Source of the DNA: an uncultured Bacilli bacterium
Lineage (GTDB): Bacteria > Bacillota_I > Bacilli_A > RF39 > UBA660
NCBI GenBank assembly: GCA_947629035.1
Contig: CANRCE010000001.1
Coordinates: forward strand, 23,037-87,036
Direction of reading: 5' to 3'
DNA length: 64,000 nucleotides
How positions within the stretch are numbered: the first letter of the stretch is position 1; every line of letters begins with the position of its first letter. Positions 39,989-48,833 of the stretch are shown one piece after another. The position numbers and the translations under genes are program-made. The notes beneath the pieces are model-generated. The model did not search any database and had not been told where the DNA came from. It saw nothing but the letters and a program-made list of their open reading frames with translations.

Positions 39989-40880
39989 GAAAAAAATAGG
40001 TATATTAATGATTTGTTTATTGTTATTATCTGGTTGTACTAAAACTTTAAAAGATAGTGATAATAAGATTGTAAAAAATGAAATAACTGGTCAAAATTTA
40101 ACAGAAAATGTTGTATGTAGACCTACGAATGAAGAAGTTTTAAAATTGTATGAAGATAATAAAGTTGATTTATCTAAATTACCAGAATGTGAAGATTTTA
40201 CTCCAATTACTACTTATGAAAGTATTTGGACAAGTTTCTTTGTAAAACCATTAGCTTGGGTAATTATTAAAATTGGTAATTTGGTTAATAGTTATGGCTT
40301 ATCTATAATTATTACTTGCTTACTTATTAGGTTAGCTTTATTTCCTGTTACTAAAAAAACAGCAATACAATCGGAAAATATGCAAAAAGCTCAACCTGAA
40401 CTTCAAAGATTAGAAAAGAAATATGCTAATAAGACTTCTCAAGAAGATCAAACTAAAAAAGCTCAAGAAATGATGATGATTTATCAAAAGTATCATATTA
40501 ATCCTATTTCTGGTTGTTTACTAGCTTTTGTACAAATTCCTTTATTATTTGCTTTTTTAGAAGCAATCAATAGAACACCTGCGATATTTGAAAATAAGTT
40601 CTTATCTCTTCATATGGGAACAACAATAACAGTTGGTATTTCAAATGGTAACTGGTGGTATTTACTTTTATTAGTTTTGATAATGGCTACGACTTATATT
40701 TCGTTTAGAAAGACTTTAAAAGATCAATCAGCTGCTGCTCAACAGATGAAATTTACAATTTATTTTATGCTTGTAATTATTTTAATTGCTTCATTTAGTT
40801 TACCTGTTGCTTTAGGTATTTATTGGATAACATCTAGTTTGTTTACAATATTACAAAATTTATGGGTTGAAAGAAGGTAA
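39981..40880 (+). CDS. yidC: YidC/Oxa1-family membrane protein insertase (lipoprotein type, SpoIIIJ/YqjG-like)
   Basis: Lipobox LLLLSGC; 60-kDa-IMP conserved core. Possible starts are GTG 39972, ATG 39975 and ATG 39981; overlaps the rnpA stop. Confidence 0.85.
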   Translation: MNKKKIGILMICLLLLSGCTKTLKDSDNKIVKNEITGQNLTENVVCRPTNEEVLKLYEDNKVDLSKLPECEDFTPITTYESIWTSFFVKPLAWVIIKIGNLVNSYGLSIIITCLLIRLALFPVTKKTAIQSENMQKAQPELQRLEKKYANKTSQEDQTKKAQEMMMIYQKYHINPISGCLLAFVQIPLLFAFLEAINRTPAIFENKFLSLHMGTTITVGISNGNWWYLLLLVLIMATTYISFRKTLKDQSAAAQQMKFTIYFMLVIILIASFSLPVALGIYWITSSLFTILQNLWVERR

Positions 40881-41493
40881 TATGATGAAGAAAAATTATT
40901 ATGAGGCTAAAAGTTTAGATGATGCTAAAAGTAAAGCTTTAGAGGAACTTAATTTAAATGAAGAAGATGTTATTATAAACATTGTCGAAGAAAAAAATTC
41001 TTTGTTAAAGAAAAATGTAAAAATTGAAGTTATAACTATTAATGATATTATTAATTATTTAAAAGAAGTTATTAATGATATTATGAAACTTATGGGTGTA
41101 GAAGTTAATCTTGAAGTAAGAAGAAGAGATAATAATATTTCTATAAAGCTTTTTTCTAATAATAATGCTATCTTAATTGGTAAAAATGGAAGAACTATAT
41201 CAGCATTACAGTTATTATTAAGACAGATGGTTAATAATCAAACCAAAAATCATGTTTCAATTGTTTTAGATGTAGAAAATTATAAAGAAAAAAAGATGAA
41301 AAATATCGAATATTTAGCTAAAAAAATTGCTAGGGAAGTTGCTAAAAGTAAAGTAGAGGTAAAATTAGATAGTATGAATTCTTATGAAAGAAGAATTGTT
41401 CATAGCATACTTTCTGATAATAAATATGTCTATACAGAGAGTGTAGGGGAAGAGCCTAATCGTTGTGTGGTAATAAAACCAAAAGAAGATTAA
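40867..41493 (+). CDS. jag: Jag/KhpB RNA-binding protein (KH + R3H domains)
   Basis: 208 aa. R3H motif (MNSYERRIVHSILSD). Follows yidC as in the conserved rnpA-yidC-jag unit. Confidence 0.8.
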   Translation: MKEGNMMKKNYYEAKSLDDAKSKALEELNLNEEDVIINIVEEKNSLLKKNVKIEVITINDIINYLKEVINDIMKLMGVEVNLEVRRRDNNISIKLFSNNNAILIGKNGRTISALQLLLRQMVNNQTKNHVSIVLDVENYKEKKMKNIEYLAKKIAREVAKSKVEVKLDSMNSYERRIVHSILSDNKYVYTESVGEEPNRCVVIKPKED

Positions 41494-41518
41494 GTTCTTT
41501 TTTTATGCGTAAAAAAAA

Positions 41519-41549
41519 CACTTAATTAATGTTATCTTTCAATTAAGTG
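41519..41549. terminator. Hairpin terminator (CACTTAATT-13nt-AATTAAGTG) between convergent jag and mreB
   Basis: Perfect 9-bp stem seen directly. The preceding A8 gives a U-tract for the - strand (mreB) transcript. Confidence 0.55.
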
Positions 41550-42521
41550 TAAATTATCTAATAATACTCCTGTTCCTTCAGCTACACAAGTAAGTGGACT
41601 TTCTGCTATGAATACAGGGACTTTTAATTCTTGAGATAATAATTCACTAAAGCCATCAATCATAGCTCCTCCTCCGGTTAGCACTATTCCTTTATCGATA
41701 ATGTCTGCTGATAGTTCTGGAGGGGTTTGTTCTAATATTCCTTTTACAGCATGAATTATGGTATAAATACTTTCTCTTAAAGCTTCTTCTACTTCATCAG
41801 AGGTTAATGTTATTGTATGGGGAAGTCCTGTAACTAAATCTCTTCCTCTTACTTCCATCTTTTCAGATTTTGAACCTGGATATACTGTTCCAATTGCTAT
41901 TTTAATTTCTTCAGCTGTTCGCTCTCCTACTAGTAATTTATATTTATCTTTTATATATTTTACAATATCATTATCAAATGTATTTCCAGCAATTCTAATG
42001 GAAGTACTGTTTACGATACCACCAAGAGATAAAATAGCTATATCTGTCGTTCCTCCTCCAATGTCTATTACCATATTACCACTTGGTTTTGATATATCCA
42101 TTCCTGCTCCAATTGAGGCTACTTTTGGTTCTTCTTCAAGAAAGACTTTTTTAGCTCCTGTTCGTTCAGCTGCTTCTTTGATGGCATTTTTTTCTACTTG
42201 GGTTATGTTTGATGGGCAACAAATTAATATTCTTGGTCTTGATAAAAAATTCTTCCCATTTACTTTTTTTATGAAATAGTTTAACATCAATTCTGTTGTT
42301 TCAAAATCGGCAATTACTCCATCTTTCATAGGTTTTATAGCTTTTACTTTTCCTGGTGTTCTTCCTAACATTTCATGAGCTTCGATACCTACGGCTAATG
42401 GTTTTTTAGTTTCACTATCAATTGCTACAACGCTTGGCTCATTTAAAACTATGCCTTGTCCTTTTATATATATTAATACATTTGCTGTTCCTAAATCTAT
42501 TCCAATATCTTTGTTAAACAT
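41532..42521 (-). CDS. mreB: Rod-shape-determining actin homolog MreB/Mbl
   Basis: 329 aa. MFNKDIGIDLGTANVLIY.KG.GIVLNEPSVVAI, DIGGGTTDIA phosphate-2 motif. Adjacent to spoIIID as mbl is in B. subtilis. Confidence 0.9.
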   Translation of the reverse strand: MFNKDIGIDLGTANVLIYIKGQGIVLNEPSVVAIDSETKKPLAVGIEAHEMLGRTPGKVKAIKPMKDGVIADFETTELMLNYFIKKVNGKNFLSRPRILICCPSNITQVEKNAIKEAAERTGAKKVFLEEEPKVASIGAGMDISKPSGNMVIDIGGGTTDIAILSLGGIVNSTSIRIAGNTFDNDIVKYIKDKYKLLVGERTAEEIKIAIGTVYPGSKSEKMEVRGRDLVTGLPHTITLTSDEVEEALRESIYTIIHAVKGILEQTPPELSADIIDKGIVLTGGGAMIDGFSELLSQELKVPVFIAESPLTCVAEGTGVLLDNLHLIER

Positions 42522-42574
42522 TATGTCACCGTCCTTATGCTTATTTTACCATAATTTAGTATTTTTTTATAGCT

Positions 42575-42832
42575 TTAATTGGCATTTTTTTCTAAAAATT
42601 TATTTCGTGTCGACTCTCCACCTCTTATGTGCCTTATATCAAGATGATACTTTAATATTTTTGACACTTTAGTATACAGATTATTGTCTAATTCTTGTAA
42701 TCTTTCACTTAAATCTTTATGAACTGTACTTTTACTTACTTTAAAATTTTTAGCAACTTCACGAATAGTTTTTGATGTTGTAAGTATATAATTGCTTTCA
42801 TCTAATACTCTTTTTGTTATTTTTTTATTCAT
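42575..42832 (-). CDS. spoIIID: Sporulation transcriptional regulator SpoIIID
   Basis: 85 aa. ...KT.REVAKNFKVSKSTVHKDL.ERL...........V..IL.YH..IRHIRGGESTRNKF..., very close to B. subtilis SpoIIID (HTH). Confidence 0.8.
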   Translation of the reverse strand: MNKKITKRVLDESNYILTTSKTIREVAKNFKVSKSTVHKDLSERLQELDNNLYTKVSKILKYHLDIRHIRGGESTRNKFLEKNAN

Positions 42833-42890
42833 TTAAATTCCCCTTTATAAATTATATTGCTTAAATTTACCTTTTATTACTTTTAAAAAA

Positions 42891-42905
42891 AGGCAAACTA
42901 TGCCT
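42891..42905 (-). terminator. Short terminator hairpin (AGGCA-aacta-TGCCT) overlapping the stop of the M23 gene, with an A-run upstream
   Basis: Inverted repeat seen. It would isolate the spoIIID promoter region. Confidence 0.35.
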
Positions 42906-43554
42906 GTAATTCTTCTGGGGTTTTATTATAACAATTTTCAGGATTTAATATTTTGCCTTGATAATATATTTCAAAATGAAGATGATTTCCTAAATCTTTA
43001 TTAATGTTTGATGTTCCACTTTGACCAATTACTTGTCCTTGAATAATTGTATCATCTACTTTAACAGATACATTTGATAGACTTTGATATACACTAATTA
43101 ATTCATTATTGTGTCTTATTTCTACGATTGTTCCCAAAATATCATCTTCTTTTACATCAATTACTGTTCCATCTAGGATACTAACTACATCAAAATTATC
43201 TTGATAAGCATAGTCTATTCCTGAATTTTGCATATAAGTATTTTCATAATAGATAATTGATTTTTCTTGTTCAGATGCATCTTTTTCATAATCATAGAAA
43301 TTTTTAGCTATATATACTTCATTATTTTGATATGGTCTTATAATGGTTACTGTTGTATTTATTACTGGTAAGTAATCATTTTTTTCAACAATTTCACTAT
43401 CTACATATTCTAGGTTTTCTTCTTTCTTAAAAAGTGAAGTGTTGCTTACTAATCTTTCTATAAAATACATACCTATTACGAATACAATAACACTTACTGC
43501 ATACATCATTGGAACTACAAATGGTTTTAATTTTCTTTTTGTCATTTTTTTCAC
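42898..43554 (-). CDS. Membrane-anchored M23/LytM-domain protein, SpoIIQ-like
   Basis: 218 aa. N-terminal TM; C-terminal LytM motifs (HLHFEIYYQGKILNP). Located between spoIID and spoIIID, exactly as spoIIQ (CD0125) is in Clostridioides difficile. Confidence 0.55.
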   Translation of the reverse strand: MKKMTKRKLKPFVVPMMYAVSVIVFVIGMYFIERLVSNTSLFKKEENLEYVDSEIVEKNDYLPVINTTVTIIRPYQNNEVYIAKNFYDYEKDASEQEKSIIYYENTYMQNSGIDYAYQDNFDVVSILDGTVIDVKEDDILGTIVEIRHNNELISVYQSLSNVSVKVDDTIIQGQVIGQSGTSNINKDLGNHLHFEIYYQGKILNPENCYNKTPEELQA

Positions 43555-43594
43555 CTCTACTTTAAGTATTGGCTAAAATATGATTTTATATACA

Positions 43595-44521
43595 TTAATT
43601 TTTTATTTTTTTTATGGTTGTTCCTGTATAATAATGTTTTAATATTTCATCATAGGTATAACCAGCTTTAGCCATTCCTAAAGCTCCATATTGACTCATT
43701 CCAACACCATGGCCATAACCTTTTGTTTCAATTATAACATTCGAACCTGATTGTATCATTTTAAAATCTGTTGATTTTAATCCTAACTTATTATATACAT
43801 CTGTTCCTTCGAAAAGTTGATCATTTATTTTTAAACTTAATATTCGGTTAGTGTTACTTCTTTTTACTATTTGTACTTTTAAAGTATCTTGATATTTTAA
43901 ATTTAATTTTTGATAAAAATCTTTTAGGGATATAGTTGTTTTTTGGTTAAATGCTTCAGATGTTTCTTCATCCCAAAAGGATTCTACACTTTTTAAATAT
44001 GGTAAGTCTAGATTAAAAACTAATTCAACATTTTCAGTATAGCCATTACTAGTTGAAAAAAACAAGGCATCAATTACTTCATCATTATAGACTAAATATT
44101 CATCAATTGTTTCATTTACAGCTTTTCTTAATTTATTTATATTTTTTACATAATTACTCTGCCATGCTTCTTTTAAATAATCATTATCTAAATATACTTG
44201 ATTCATTACACTATCTACGACATCATAGTCATTATCTTTATTATATTCAATTCTTTTTAAAACATAACTTCTAGCTGCTACTGCTTGAGCTTTTAGTGCT
44301 TCGATTTCAAAATAAACTGGCATTTCTCCTGCTAAAACACCTACAATATATTCTTCTAATGGTATTGTTTCTATTGTGTTTTTATCTAATCTTTTTACTC
44401 TTACGTTTAAATTATTAACATATTTTAATTGAATTTCTTTTGTTTGTACTGTTTTGACAAAGGTTACAATAAAAAAAGGTACTAAAACTATTGTAAAGGT
44501 TAATATTATTATTTTTTTCAT
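43595..44521 (-). CDS. spoIID: Stage II sporulation protein D (SpoIID/LytB family)
   Basis: 308 aa. EEYIVGVLAGEMPVYFEIEALKAQAVAARSY, FFSTSNGYTE, GYGHGVGMSQYGALGMAKAGYTYDEILKHYYTGT, the full SpoIID signature set. Confidence 0.85.
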   Translation of the reverse strand: MKKIIILTFTIVLVPFFIVTFVKTVQTKEIQLKYVNNLNVRVKRLDKNTIETIPLEEYIVGVLAGEMPVYFEIEALKAQAVAARSYVLKRIEYNKDNDYDVVDSVMNQVYLDNDYLKEAWQSNYVKNINKLRKAVNETIDEYLVYNDEVIDALFFSTSNGYTENVELVFNLDLPYLKSVESFWDEETSEAFNQKTTISLKDFYQKLNLKYQDTLKVQIVKRSNTNRILSLKINDQLFEGTDVYNKLGLKSTDFKMIQSGSNVIIETKGYGHGVGMSQYGALGMAKAGYTYDEILKHYYTGTTIKKIKN

Positions 44522-44615
44522 TTTATCACCAATTTCTGTTATAATTATAGTTGATAAAATTTAAAATATTTGTCTTTTTTTGCTTAAAAAATAAATAATT
44601 TTTAATAGCTTTTAA

Positions 44616-44645
44616 TAAAAAAAATTCATGCTTGGTACATGAATT
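44616..44645 (-). terminator. Terminator (A8 + AATTCATG-cttggta-CATGAATT) downstream of rpiB/small ORF
   Basis: 8-bp perfect stem preceded by an A-run on the + strand (U-tract for the - strand transcript). Confidence 0.55.
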
Positions 44646-44842
44646 TAGGTTAAATTAAAATTATAAAAATCATATATAAAATTTGTAAGTAAATAGGAAA
44701 TACTTAATACTAAAATTACATAAAATACTCGTGCTTGATATGTTTTGTTTTTTTTAAATATTTGATTTAAATTTATACTATCTACACTGTATACTACTAG
44801 TGGTAGACAAATTACATATAAAATTAGTTTAAGCATTTTCAA
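44645..44842 (-). CDS. Small hydrophobic protein (two TM), hypothetical
   Basis: 65 aa. Overlaps the rpiB stop by 14 nt. Strongly hydrophobic. Confidence 0.3.
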   Translation of the reverse strand: MKMLKLILYVICLPLVVYSVDSINLNQIFKKNKTYQARVFYVILVLSISYLLTNFIYDFYNFNLT

Positions 44843-45278
44843 TATCCTTTATTTTATTATTTCTTCTTATATAACGGTCAATATTAGAAAATGGTGTTTC
44901 TATGAAAGTCATAACTATTTGTTTAGTTAATTCTTCACTTAAATCTTCAGATAAAGCTAGAGCATTGGCATTATTATGTGATTTGGATAAAGCTGCTTCT
45001 GAAGTAGTGCTTACTTTGGCACAATAAACTTTTTTCATTTTATTTAAGATAATGCTCATACCTATTCCTGTACCACAGATTGCAATTCCTAAATCTACTT
45101 CTTTATCTTGAATTGCTTTACCTAATTTCTCGGCATAATCTGGAAAATCTACGGAATTTCTATTCTCTGTTCCATAATCTTTTACTTTATATCCTTGATT
45201 AATTAAATATTCTTTTAAATATTCTTTTGTTGTAAAACCATGATGATCATTTGTTAATCCTATTCTCAATTTTATCAC
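44829..45278 (-). CDS. rpiB: Ribose-5-phosphate isomerase B (RpiB/LacAB family)
   Basis: 149 aa. IGL.NDHHGF..KE......L...GY.V.D.G, GIAICGTGIGMSIILNK. Confidence 0.8.
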   Translation of the reverse strand: MIKLRIGLTNDHHGFTTKEYLKEYLINQGYKVKDYGTENRNSVDFPDYAEKLGKAIQDKEVDLGIAICGTGIGMSIILNKMKKVYCAKVSTTSEAALSKSHNNANALALSEDLSEELTKQIVMTFIETPFSNIDRYIRRNNKIKDIENA

Positions 45279-45325
45279 TTCCTAATTCTAGTATATCACA
45301 AATAATTTGTTTTTTAGAAAAAAAA

Positions 45326-45345
45326 AGAAACTTTACGCTGTTTCT
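45326..45345 (-). terminator. Terminator hairpin (AGAAAC...GTTTCT) overlapping the rpmE stop, with an A-run on the + strand
   Basis: Seen directly; U-tract for the - strand transcript. Confidence 0.45.
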
Positions 45346-45551
45346 TTGTCAAATCCATATTTTTTATTAAATTTATCTACTTGGCCTTTTCTTGTTCCTG
45401 TACTTTGTTTTCCAGTATAGAATGGATGACACATATTACAAGTATCTATTGGCATTGTATCTGCTTTTAAAGTTGATTTGGCAATAATTTCATTACCACA
45501 AGCACATACAAATTTTGTTTCAGTAGATTCTGGATGAATATTTGCTTTCAT
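45333..45551 (-). CDS. rpmE: 50S ribosomal protein L31 (zinc-ribbon type)
   Basis: Start placed at MKANIHPE... (ATG 45551); the track ORF begins 11 codons upstream. CACGN...CNMCHPFYTG. Confidence 0.85.
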   Translation of the reverse strand: MKANIHPESTETKFVCACGNEIIAKSTLKADTMPIDTCNMCHPFYTGKQSTGTRKGQVDKFNKKYGFDKETA

Positions 45552-45611
45552 TTTTCTCCTCCTTCGCCATGACATAAATGTCATAGTAATTTAATTACAA
45601 GTAGTATTATA

Positions 45612-46304
45612 TCAATAATTTTTTATTTTTTCAACAATTATTTGTGAAATTTTTTGATATCCATTATTATTTGGTATAAAATTAATAGAATTTTCAAAAA
45701 ATATTGGATTATTATCAAATATTTTAGCTAAATCTATATATTCAAAACCTTCTTCCATAACTAATTCTTTTAGTTCGTAATTGATATAAGAAAATATATC
45801 TTGATTTTTTCCTGTTACATTATAATATCCTAAAACAAATACTTTTTTGTGATTAAATTTGTTGATGTGTTCTAATAATTCTTTCATATCAATTAACATT
45901 TCATTCATATAACTATATATATTATCGGTATTAGTTGTTATTTTATAATAAAGTTCATTCATTCCTACAGATAGTGTTATAATATCTGCTTGTTTTAATA
46001 ATCTATTTAATGATATTTCTTGTCCATCAACAGTTTTTGTTTCATTATATTCAATTATTCTAATCAAATCGGTTATACGATAATTATTATTAGCAAAGGT
46101 CTTACTATAACCTTTTAATTTTTTATTTTCAGAAATATAATCTTTTATATAATCACTAAAACCGTATCCAATAGCTTGTTTTTGATTAGTTCCAAGAGCT
46201 AAAGAATCTCCAATTGAAATGTAATATATATCATCATTTACAGTATATTTATATATAACATAACACGATAAAAAAAGAATTAATATTAATAGAACTTTTT
46301 TCAA
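45612..46304 (-). CDS. SGNH/GDSL-family hydrolase, secreted or membrane-anchored
   Basis: 230 aa. Signal/TM, then the ISIGDSLALG block containing the GDSL/SGNH 'GDS' motif. Confidence 0.65.
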   Translation of the reverse strand: MKKVLLILILFLSCYVIYKYTVNDDIYYISIGDSLALGTNQKQAIGYGFSDYIKDYISENKKLKGYSKTFANNNYRITDLIRIIEYNETKTVDGQEISLNRLLKQADIITLSVGMNELYYKITTNTDNIYSYMNEMLIDMKELLEHINKFNHKKVFVLGYYNVTGKNQDIFSYINYELKELVMEEGFEYIDLAKIFDNNPIFFENSINFIPNNNGYQKISQIIVEKIKNY

Positions 46305-46329
46305 GTTTTACACCTCTAATTAAGTATAT

Positions 46330-47580
46330 TTATATTAATTCTATTTTAGCACCAATGTTTTGTAACTTTGTAACGATATCATCATAACCTCTTAATATAT
46401 AATGAATTTCATCAATTGTTGTAATACCTTCGGCTAGTAGACCACAAATTATCATAGATGCTCCTCCTCGTAAATCGGTGGCACTTACTTCTTTACCATA
46501 TAATTTTGTTTTTCCATTAATGATTGCTTTTTTATTATCTTTAACTTCAATATTGGCTCCCATTTTATTAGTTTCTTTTATATTTTGAAATCTATTTTCA
46601 TATATTGTTTCTATAACAGTACTAATTCCTTCACATTGAGTTAAAAAGGGAATTATTAGCTGTTGTAAATCAGTTGGAAAACCTGGATATTCTTGGGTTT
46701 TTATATTAATTGCTTTATATTCTTTTACTTCTTTTACTACTATATTATCATCGTTTATTTGTAATTGTACTCCAGCTTCGATTAATTTAGAAGTTAAAGA
46801 TTCTATATGTGATGGAATTATCTTTGATATTTTTAAATTTTTTCCTAATAACGATGCTAGTATTAAATAGGTTCCTGCTTCAATACGATCTGGTATTACT
46901 TCAATAAAGCAACTGTGTAGGTAATCAACACCTTCAATAGTTATTGTTCCGGTTCCAGCACCTTTTATTTTAGCTCCCATATTATTTAAAAAAGTGGCTA
47001 TATTTACTATTTCAGGTTCTTTAGCTGCATTTTTGATAACTGTTTTTCCTTGGGCTTTTACAGCTGCTAACATAATATTGATTGTAGCTCCAACACTAGG
47101 AATATCTAAATATATTTTATTTCCTTTTAGTTCATCAGCTTCAATTAAAAAATAATTATCTTTTTCTAATATTTTAGCTCCAAGAGCTTTAAAGCCTTTT
47201 AGATGTAAATTAATTGGTCGTTTTCCAATAGAGCATCCTCCGGGAAAATACATTTCTATTTTCTTATATTTTCCTAATAATGCTCCCATAAAATAATAAG
47301 AAGCTCTCAATTTTTTTGATAAATTTTCGGGGATTTTTTTATTTATAACATTGTGAGAATCTATTTTTACAATATTGTCTTGTCTTGTAACTTTGGCATT
47401 TAAGTGGGTAAGAATTTCCTCTAAAGCTTGAACATCTGATATATTTGGAACATTAGCTATAGTTACCTGTTCATCACATAAAATTGCTGCTGGTATTAAT
47501 GCTACAGCACTATTTTTAGCTCCACTTATGGTTATATTACCACTTAATAGATGACCTCCTTCAATTTTTATTTTAGACAT
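46330..47580 (-). CDS. murA: UDP-N-acetylglucosamine 1-carboxyvinyltransferase
   Basis: 416 aa. MSKIKIEGG..L.G.I.ISGAKNSAVALIPAAIL and catalytic Cys loop (PGGCSIGKRPI). Confidence 0.95.
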   Translation of the reverse strand: MSKIKIEGGHLLSGNITISGAKNSAVALIPAAILCDEQVTIANVPNISDVQALEEILTHLNAKVTRQDNIVKIDSHNVINKKIPENLSKKLRASYYFMGALLGKYKKIEMYFPGGCSIGKRPINLHLKGFKALGAKILEKDNYFLIEADELKGNKIYLDIPSVGATINIMLAAVKAQGKTVIKNAAKEPEIVNIATFLNNMGAKIKGAGTGTITIEGVDYLHSCFIEVIPDRIEAGTYLILASLLGKNLKISKIIPSHIESLTSKLIEAGVQLQINDDNIVVKEVKEYKAINIKTQEYPGFPTDLQQLIIPFLTQCEGISTVIETIYENRFQNIKETNKMGANIEVKDNKKAIINGKTKLYGKEVSATDLRGGASMIICGLLAEGITTIDEIHYILRGYDDIVTKLQNIGAKIELI

Positions 47581-47690
47581 AAGATTCCTCCTTTTTTATT
47601 ATATGGATTTGTCTTTTTTTTGTTAAAATTCAATAGGTAATAATAATTGTATAATGATATGCGAAGAAAGTCAATAACTAGTTAAGTGTT

Positions 47691-48236
47691 TTAACGAAAA
47701 AAATATATTATTGATAGGATTATGAGAATTATTCCTCCAAATATTGTGGAGATTTTCCCAAATTTTTCATTTAATTTATTTCCTAATTTTAATCCTAAAT
47801 AAGTAAATAAAAAACTTACTATAGAAAAAATTAAAGATACCTCTAAATAATTACTATTGATAGCTTTTAATCCTATTCCAGTAGTTAAACTATCAATACT
47901 AACCGATAATCCAAATAAAAAAAATCCTGGTATAGATAATAATAGTTTTTCTTCTTTTTCTTTTAAGCTCGATATTATCATTTCTAATCCAATTAATAAA
48001 AATATGATAGAGACAATAATACTTACATTGATAATTAAATATTTAGTTATTAAATTGCCAAAGAATAATCCGATTAGTGGCATTATAAAATGGTAACATC
48101 CAACGATGGTGGATAATGTCAATTCCTTTTTTAAATTAAAATTTTGGGTTCCATATACTAAACTTAAAGAAAAAGCATCCATACTTAAGCTTACACCGAT
48201 TAATAAAGTCATAAAAAAAACTTTCATATTTTTCAC
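47691..48236 (-). CDS. MntP/YtaF-type (DUF204) membrane protein, putative Mn efflux
   Basis: 181 aa. LSMDAFSLSL N-terminal motif and its internal repeat (SVSIDSLTTG). Confidence 0.6.
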   Translation of the reverse strand: MKNMKVFFMTLLIGVSLSMDAFSLSLVYGTQNFNLKKELTLSTIVGCYHFIMPLIGLFFGNLITKYLIINVSIIVSIIFLLIGLEMIISSLKEKEEKLLLSIPGFFLFGLSVSIDSLTTGIGLKAINSNYLEVSLIFSIVSFLFTYLGLKLGNKLNEKFGKISTIFGGIILIILSIIYFFR

Positions 48237-48260
48237 CTAGTTAATATTATGAGAGTTTTT

Positions 48261-48782
48261 TTAAAATATTTTTGATAATGTTTCTTTTATCCAAGATTTA
48301 TATTCTACTTCTTCGTAATTTTCTGCTTCCATAAGACATAATGGAGGAAATAAAACACACCACCAATTATCTCCTTTAGCTTCTCCGATTGATACAACTA
48401 ATGATTCATAATAACCTTCTTCATATGTTACTCCTTTATATATTTTTTTAGGAAAATAATTTTGACCATAATTTAAAGTATAATTTTTATCGTAATTATT
48501 ATTTTTAAAAATATTATTAATATTTTCATCAATGGTTGATAAATTATTTTGTAAGATTAATCTTGCTTCTTGAATTGTTTTAACATCTTTTAATAATTGA
48601 TAAGTATTTTCTTCTAAATAATCTTTTACCATTCTTTTTATTACGATATCTTCTGTATTGTTGCTATTAGGAATTACTCTTAATCTAATTGAAGTTTCTG
48701 GAATTATTATGGTATCAGCTTTTGTTTCATTATATACTAAAAATATTGATAATATTGCTAATATGATAATAATTTTTTTCAA
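48261..48782 (-). CDS. spoIIR: Stage II sporulation protein R
   Basis: 173 aa. IRLRVIPNSNNTEDIVIKRMVKDYL... and C-terminal GEAKGDNWWCVLFPPLCLME, the SpoIIR signature. Confidence 0.8.
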   Translation of the reverse strand: MKKIIIILAILSIFLVYNETKADTIIIPETSIRLRVIPNSNNTEDIVIKRMVKDYLEENTYQLLKDVKTIQEARLILQNNLSTIDENINNIFKNNNYDKNYTLNYGQNYFPKKIYKGVTYEEGYYESLVVSIGEAKGDNWWCVLFPPLCLMEAENYEEVEYKSWIKETLSKIF

Positions 48783-48833
48783 AAAATATCACCCTTTCAT
48801 TTTGTTATGGGTGATATTTAAATATTTTATTCA

